The notes under the pieces are model-generated. The model was not told the DNA's origin, did no database searches, and saw only the letters and a list, made by a program, of their open reading frames with translations. This document shows positions 60,001 to 64,000 of a stretch of DNA of 64,000 nucleotides, piece by piece (the stretch's first letter is position 1; every line of letters starts with the position of its first letter). The stretch covers positions 832,001 to 896,000 of the forward strand of contig OZ244188.1 of the NCBI GenBank assembly GCA_965216635.1, given 5' to 3'. The translations under genes were made by a program, and so were the position numbers. The stretch is from a bacterium (GTDB lineage Bacteria; SAR324; XYD2-FULL-50-16; G965216635).

Positions 60001-60221
60001 TGATTACCCAATTAAAAGAAGGAGGTCTACCCGAACAAACAAAAAAAAATATTTCAACTGCTCTAAAAGAACTCAAAGAAGAGAAAAAGAATCCGCTTAA
60101 AGTATTAGCAATTCTACAAAACAAAATTTCTGATAAACTACTGCAAAACCACTATGTTGAACAAAGCTTTTTAGTATCTGGAAAAAGAGAGGTTATCCTT
60201 TCTCTATACTTAAGTAAATAA
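57057..60221 (+). CDS. PLD-nuclease-domain + SNF2-type SF2 helicase
   Basis: IHAKLYI...ITGSSNLT...LEFN (PLD); SDVVGLGKT, IIDEAHRF, TATP, SEGVNL, QRVGRINR. Confidence 0.9.
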   Translation: MQTSFITNQKNNTLKKRIETLTKDSSFFDCLVGYFYSSGFSALYPSLQPIEKIRILIGINTDQKIIENTEQAKEQSQLPLSHAETEQEFANLVQKEMEESEDSSSVEEGVKKFIEWIENKKLEIRVYPSRNIHAKLYIMTFKKGDRNKGCVITGSSNLTKNGLEDNLEFNVELRDDSDYDFAENKFAELWKDGVDVNEKYIQTIQNKTFFKEITPYHLYLKFLYEYFQDELSISGKITNQYSPHGFKEYEYQTQAVQNAKKILLAYGGVFISDVVGLGKTYISAMLANQLDGRTLVIAPPVLIEESNRGSWRNIFSDFKIAADFESLGKLDNLINRGVDKYTNIIIDEAHRFRTETNTTYEKLAIICRGKKLILVTATPYNNSPQDILSLLKLFQKTKKSTIPNVADLESFFGDLEKELKKIDKNKNYAEYLKQVKNNAREIRNQILKHLMVRRTRKEIKEYFYKNTDPAKSGLKFPEVKPPQALFYELNEEENNIFDRTIELITKNLKYARYTPLLYHENKISQDEQSQKNMGRFMKILLIKRLESSFYAFKKSVTRFLNSYKNFIETLDSGFVYLSKNYTNKIFEFLDNDDDEAVEQLIQESKAQKYVSEEFNDDFKKDLESDLNILKKIQTLWQQVDRDPKLLKFLNELSNNVILKDKHLIIFTESKETAQYLFENINKKIGKVLLFTGASNDSIRKEVLANFDANARDKKQNHRILISTEVLSEGVNLHRANVVINYDIPWNPTRMMQRVGRINRIDTSFEEIYIFNFFPTKQSNEQINLKKIAETKIHSFLTLLGGDAHLLTEGEPIGSHELFDRLTSKKIVEEDEEESELKYLAVIREIQEKDSELFKKIKQLPKKARSSKQTKDSIATLVTYFRKGKLQKFFQSSLQKAEELDFIAAAKLLESNPNQKTQNEPKEIYEFLGNNKQAFKEATTEASSISSKKRRSNRDLSIMKILKATRKNNEQLTDTQEKYLEKMITQLKEGGLPEQTKKNISTALKELKEEKKNPLKVLAILQNKISDKLLQNHYVEQSFLVSGKREVILSLYLSK

Positions 60222-60224
60222 ATT

Positions 60225-61574
60225 ATGAAAAAAAAAGAATCTCAATCTATAGAATACAAGCAGTCGTGGCGAAATGATACGCTAAAATCTATTTCTGCTT
60301 TTGCAAATAGCAAAGGAGGAGTGGTTTATATCGGTATAGACGACCGCGGCAAGCCTACAAAACTTCTTAATCCCAGAAAACTACTTGAAGATATTCCCAA
60401 TACAACGCGTAATAAACTTGGAATCATTCCTTCTGTTGAATTAGAAAATTTAAAAAACAATGAAATCATCAAAATCACCATTAAACAAAACACAGTTCCA
60501 ATATCTTATGAAGGTAAATACTACCGCAGAAGTGGTAGCACAGTGCAAGAATTACAAGGCAAAGAACTAGCCGAATTTCTTTTAGAAAAAACAGGGAGAA
60601 CATGGGATGATATTACTGATAAGAAAATCAAGATTAGCGACATAGATACATCTACTTTAGAAAAATTCAAGCAAGATTCTAGAGACAGACTGCCATCTAT
60701 TACGAAAAATAAAAATATAAAAACTATCTTACAAAAATTACACCTTTTAGACGGTAAAGATTTTAAGCGAGCAACTATTCTTCTCTTTGGTAAAGATCCA
60801 CAATCATTTTTTCAGCAATCTTTTGTTAAAATTGGTAAATTTCTTTCACGAACAGAAACTCAAACGACAGATATTGTACAAGGTAATCTATTCCAACAAC
60901 TAGAAAATGTGCTTGAAATACTTCGCACCAAATATCTAATAAGCAATATTGAATACGAAGATATCCACCGTCGTGATATTCTTGAATATCCTTATGAAGC
61001 ACTGCGAGAAGCTATAATTAACGCTTTGATTCATCGTGATTATTCAATCACATCACAAATTCAAATTAAGGTATATCCTGATAAACTAATAATTATGAAC
61101 GAAGGAAAACTACCGCAAGGAATTTCCGTGTCTAAATTAAAAACTGAACACATTTCTAAACCTAGAAATCAACTGCTAGCAATGATTTTTTATTATGCTG
61201 GTTATTTTGAAGGGTGGGGGCAAGGAACACTAAAAATTATTGAAGAATGCACAAAAAAAGGACTACCTGAACCAGATTTTATAGAGCAAAAAGGAGTTAT
61301 GCAGATAGTTTTTCATAAAGATAGATGGAACAAAAAAAGCCTGCAGAAACTAGGATTGAACAAACGACAAATTAAAGTTGTACTCTATGTGAAAGAGCAC
61401 GGGGAAATTATCAACCAAAAGTATCAAGAAATTTTTAAAGTATCTGAGCGAACTGCAACGCGTGATCTAACAAATTTATGTGATATGATGATTTTGCAAC
61501 AAATAGGAACAACAGGAAAAGGAACCAAGTATGTTTTAGTAAGTGATAATAAAGACGCCATAAAGACGCCATAA
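60225..61574 (+). CDS. AlbA_2 (Schlafen-like) + HATPase_c_4 + C-terminal wHTH protein
   Basis: ESQSIEYKQSW, SAFANSKGG..YIGIDD.G, YYRRSGS, YPYEALREAIINALIHRDY, PRN, G.GT, VSERTATRDL..L. Confidence 0.9.
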   Translation: MKKKESQSIEYKQSWRNDTLKSISAFANSKGGVVYIGIDDRGKPTKLLNPRKLLEDIPNTTRNKLGIIPSVELENLKNNEIIKITIKQNTVPISYEGKYYRRSGSTVQELQGKELAEFLLEKTGRTWDDITDKKIKISDIDTSTLEKFKQDSRDRLPSITKNKNIKTILQKLHLLDGKDFKRATILLFGKDPQSFFQQSFVKIGKFLSRTETQTTDIVQGNLFQQLENVLEILRTKYLISNIEYEDIHRRDILEYPYEALREAIINALIHRDYSITSQIQIKVYPDKLIIMNEGKLPQGISVSKLKTEHISKPRNQLLAMIFYYAGYFEGWGQGTLKIIEECTKKGLPEPDFIEQKGVMQIVFHKDRWNKKSLQKLGLNKRQIKVVLYVKEHGEIINQKYQEIFKVSERTATRDLTNLCDMMILQQIGTTGKGTKYVLVSDNKDAIKTP

Positions 61575-63136
61575 TGCAATATTCTTAAAGACGCCACAAA
61601 GACGCCATAATGATATTCTTAAAGACGCCACAAAGACGCCATAATGATATTCTTAAAGACGCCACAAAGACGCCATAATGCAATATTCTTAAAGACGCCA
61701 CAAAGACGCCATAATGCAATATTCTTAAAGACGCCACAAAGACGCCATAATGCAATATTCTTAAAGACGCCACAAAGACGCCATAATGCAATATTCTTAA
61801 AGACGCCACAAAGACGCCATAATGCAATATTCTTAAAGACGCCACAAAGACGCCATAATGTATATTCTTAAAGACGCCACAAAGACGCCATAATGATATT
61901 CTTAAAGACGCCACAAAGACGCCATAATGATATTCTTAAAGACGCCACAAAGACGCCATAATGTATATTCTTAAAGACGCCACAAAGACGCCATAATGTA
62001 TATTCTTAAAGACGCCACAAAGACGCCATAATGTATATTCTTAAAGACGCCACAAAGACGCCATAATGATATTCTTAAAGACGCCACAAAGACGCCATAA
62101 TGCAATATTCTTAAAGACGCCACAAAGACGCCATAATGATATTCTTAAAGACGCCACAAAGACGCCATAATGATATTCTTAAAGACGCCACAAAGACGCC
62201 ATAATGCAATATTCTTAAAGACGCCACAAAGACGCCATAATGTATATTCTTAAAGACGCCACAAAGACGCCATAATGATATTCTTAAAGACGCCACAAAG
62301 ACGCCATAATGATATTCTTAAAGACGCCACAAAGACGCCATAATGCAATATTCTTAAAGACGCCACAAAGACGCCATAATGTATATTCTTAAAGACGCCA
62401 CAAAGACGCCATAATGCAATATTCTTAAAGACGCCACAAAGACGCCATAATGTATATTCTTAAAGACGCCACAAAGACGCCATAATGATATTCTTAAAGA
62501 CGCCACAAAGACGCCATAATGTATATTCTTAAAGACGCCACAAAGACGCCATAATGATATTCTTAAAGACGCCATAAAGACGCCATAATGATATTCTTAA
62601 AGACGCCACAAAGACGCCATAATGCAATATTCTTAAAGTCGCCACAAAGACGCCATAATGATATTCTTAAAGACGCCACAAAGACGCCATAATGTATATT
62701 CTTAAAGACGCCACAAAGACGCCATAATGTATATTCTTAAAGACGCCACAAAGACGCCATAATGATATTCTTAAAGACGCCACAAGACGCCATAATGGTA
62801 TTCTTAAAGACGCCACAAAGACGCCATAATGCAATATTCTTAAAGACGCCACAAAGACGCCACAAAGACGCCATAATGATATTCTTAAAGACGCCACAAA
62901 GACGCCACAAAGACGCCATAATGATATTCTTAAAGACGCCACAAAGACGCCATAATGATATTCTTAAAGACGCCACAAAGACGCCATAATGATATTCTTA
63001 AAGTCGCCATAAAGACGCCATAATGATATTCTTAAAGACGCCACAAAGACGCCATAATGTATATTCTTAAAGACGCCACAAAGACGCCATAATGATATTC
63101 TTAAAGACGCCACAAAGACGCCATAATGACGCCATA
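61551..63136 (+). repeat. Tandem array of about 44 units of 34/35/36 bp
   Basis: Unit AAAGACGCCAC-AAAGACGCCAT-AATG-[AT|TAT|CAAT]-ATTCTT; begins inside the last codons of the upstream gene. Confidence 0.96.
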
Positions 63137-63149
63137 TAAATAAAATAAT

Positions 63150-64000
63150 ATGAATACAGAACAAGCAGAAAGAATGCTCCAACAAACTTTTGAGTGTGCT
63201 TTTAACAAAGAGCAATTCAAAAGATTCATTAGAGAATTACTCAATAAATTTGATGAAAAAAATATTCAAAAAGAATCTTTCAATCAAATAGAAAAGGAAT
63301 ACTTTCAATCTTTAGAGCAAATCGGAGAATTTAAAGATACGGAAAAAAATGAAATTGACATTCTCATTGTCACCTTAAAAGAAGATAAATCCTTAGAAAG
63401 AACTCGCACAGCACAGCGAAATTTAATTATCAATCGTTTAAAAAACAGTTGGAAAGAAGCAGCGCTGGTAGCCTTTGTTTCTCATAATCTTAAAGATTGG
63501 AGATTGTCACTAGTCAAGCTAGAGTATACAAAAAAAGGCGAAGTAAAAAAAGATATTAGCTCTGCTATTCGGTGGTCGTTTCTCTTAGGTGAAAACAAAA
63601 AAAGTCGCACCGCCAAGGACAGATTCTCTGAATGGATAAGCAAGACAGAAAAAAGCCCAACCCTCCAAGATCTAGAAAAAGCCTTTGCAGTAGAGCCATT
63701 AAACAAAGAATTTTATGAAAAACTTTTGCGTTGGTATGAAAAAGCACAAAAACAAGTAATTTTTCCTAACGATGAAAAAACAACTAAAACAGAAGAGCAT
63801 AAAAAAACATCCCTCATTCGCCTACTGACTCGCCTATTATTTGTTTGGTTTTTAAAAGAAAAAAAGCTTGTGCAGGCTGATTTATTTAACAAAAAAAAAC
63901 TAGAAAAAATCATTAAATGGAAAGAATCCAGCAGTTTTTACAAAGCCATTTTACAAAATTTATTCTTTGTAACACTGAACCAAGAAATTGAAAATCGTGA
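63150..64000 (+). CDS. N-terminal part of a probable Type IIG (Eco57I-like) restriction-modification enzyme; runs off the window end
   Basis: Open frame from ATG 63150 (MNTEQAERMLQQTF...), absent from the ORF track; AALVAF, WRLSLVK, SFLLGE, AFAVEPLNKEFY, RLLTRLLFVWFLKEK, LQNLFF.TLN; methylase motifs not yet reached. Confidence 0.75.
   Translation, partial: MNTEQAERMLQQTFECAFNKEQFKRFIRELLNKFDEKNIQKESFNQIEKEYFQSLEQIGEFKDTEKNEIDILIVTLKEDKSLERTRTAQRNLIINRLKNSWKEAALVAFVSHNLKDWRLSLVKLEYTKKGEVKKDISSAIRWSFLLGENKKSRTAKDRFSEWISKTEKSPTLQDLEKAFAVEPLNKEFYEKLLRWYEKAQKQVIFPNDEKTTKTEEHKKTSLIRLLTRLLFVWFLKEKKLVQADLFNKKKLEKIIKWKESSSFYKAILQNLFFVTLNQEIENR

Noticed and set aside
3549..60124. Short antisense or nested ORFs in the track (e.g. 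3549, 6231, 8607, 29959, 41745, 55889, 59795)
   Set aside because: Shadow frames fully overlapping well-supported genes
61551..63136. CRISPR array
   Set aside because: The variable part is only 2-4 nt with three recurring states; units are head-to-tail
61585..63215. ORF-track proteins such as MASLRISLWRL... and MIFLKTPQRRHNA...
   Set aside because: Products of repeat periodicity; not called as genes

Overview
AT-rich (roughly 30% GC by eye) bacterial chromosome segment from a diderm organism. Housekeeping genes (gshB, recR-ybaB-dnaX, pheA, mutS, amidase, pgk, tpiA, gor, uppP, carAB, murJ, rpe, ABC transporter parts) are interleaved with single accessory genes: a HigBA-type toxin-antitoxin pair, two Fic-family genes, an orphan methyltransferase-like gene, a sulfotransferase-like gene and an LTA-synthase-family sulfatase. 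The window ends in a defence-type operon: PLD-SNF2 helicase, AlbA_2/HATPase/wHTH protein, and a probable Type IIG restriction-modification gene cut off by the window end. No rRNA, tRNA or true CRISPR array was seen. Four non-routine structures stand out. (1) A 1.58-kb array of about 44 units, in three discrete length variants (34/35/36 bp), has grown out of the stop-codon region of the AlbA_2-wHTH gene inside the defence operon. (2) A 14 x 41-bp palindromic array sits directly upstream of a Fic-wHTH gene; each unit carries a 10-codon mini-ORF and the internal substitutions are synonymous. (3) About 16 copies of a modular MITE/palindromic-element family (TAGAC...GTCTA ends, 5-bp target duplications) are present, one of which truncates the HigB toxin. 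(4) A tandemly duplicated outer-membrane-protein gene has a near-identical scaffold and two Cys-containing hypervariable inserts. All protein calls come from motif recognition by eye, not database searches.
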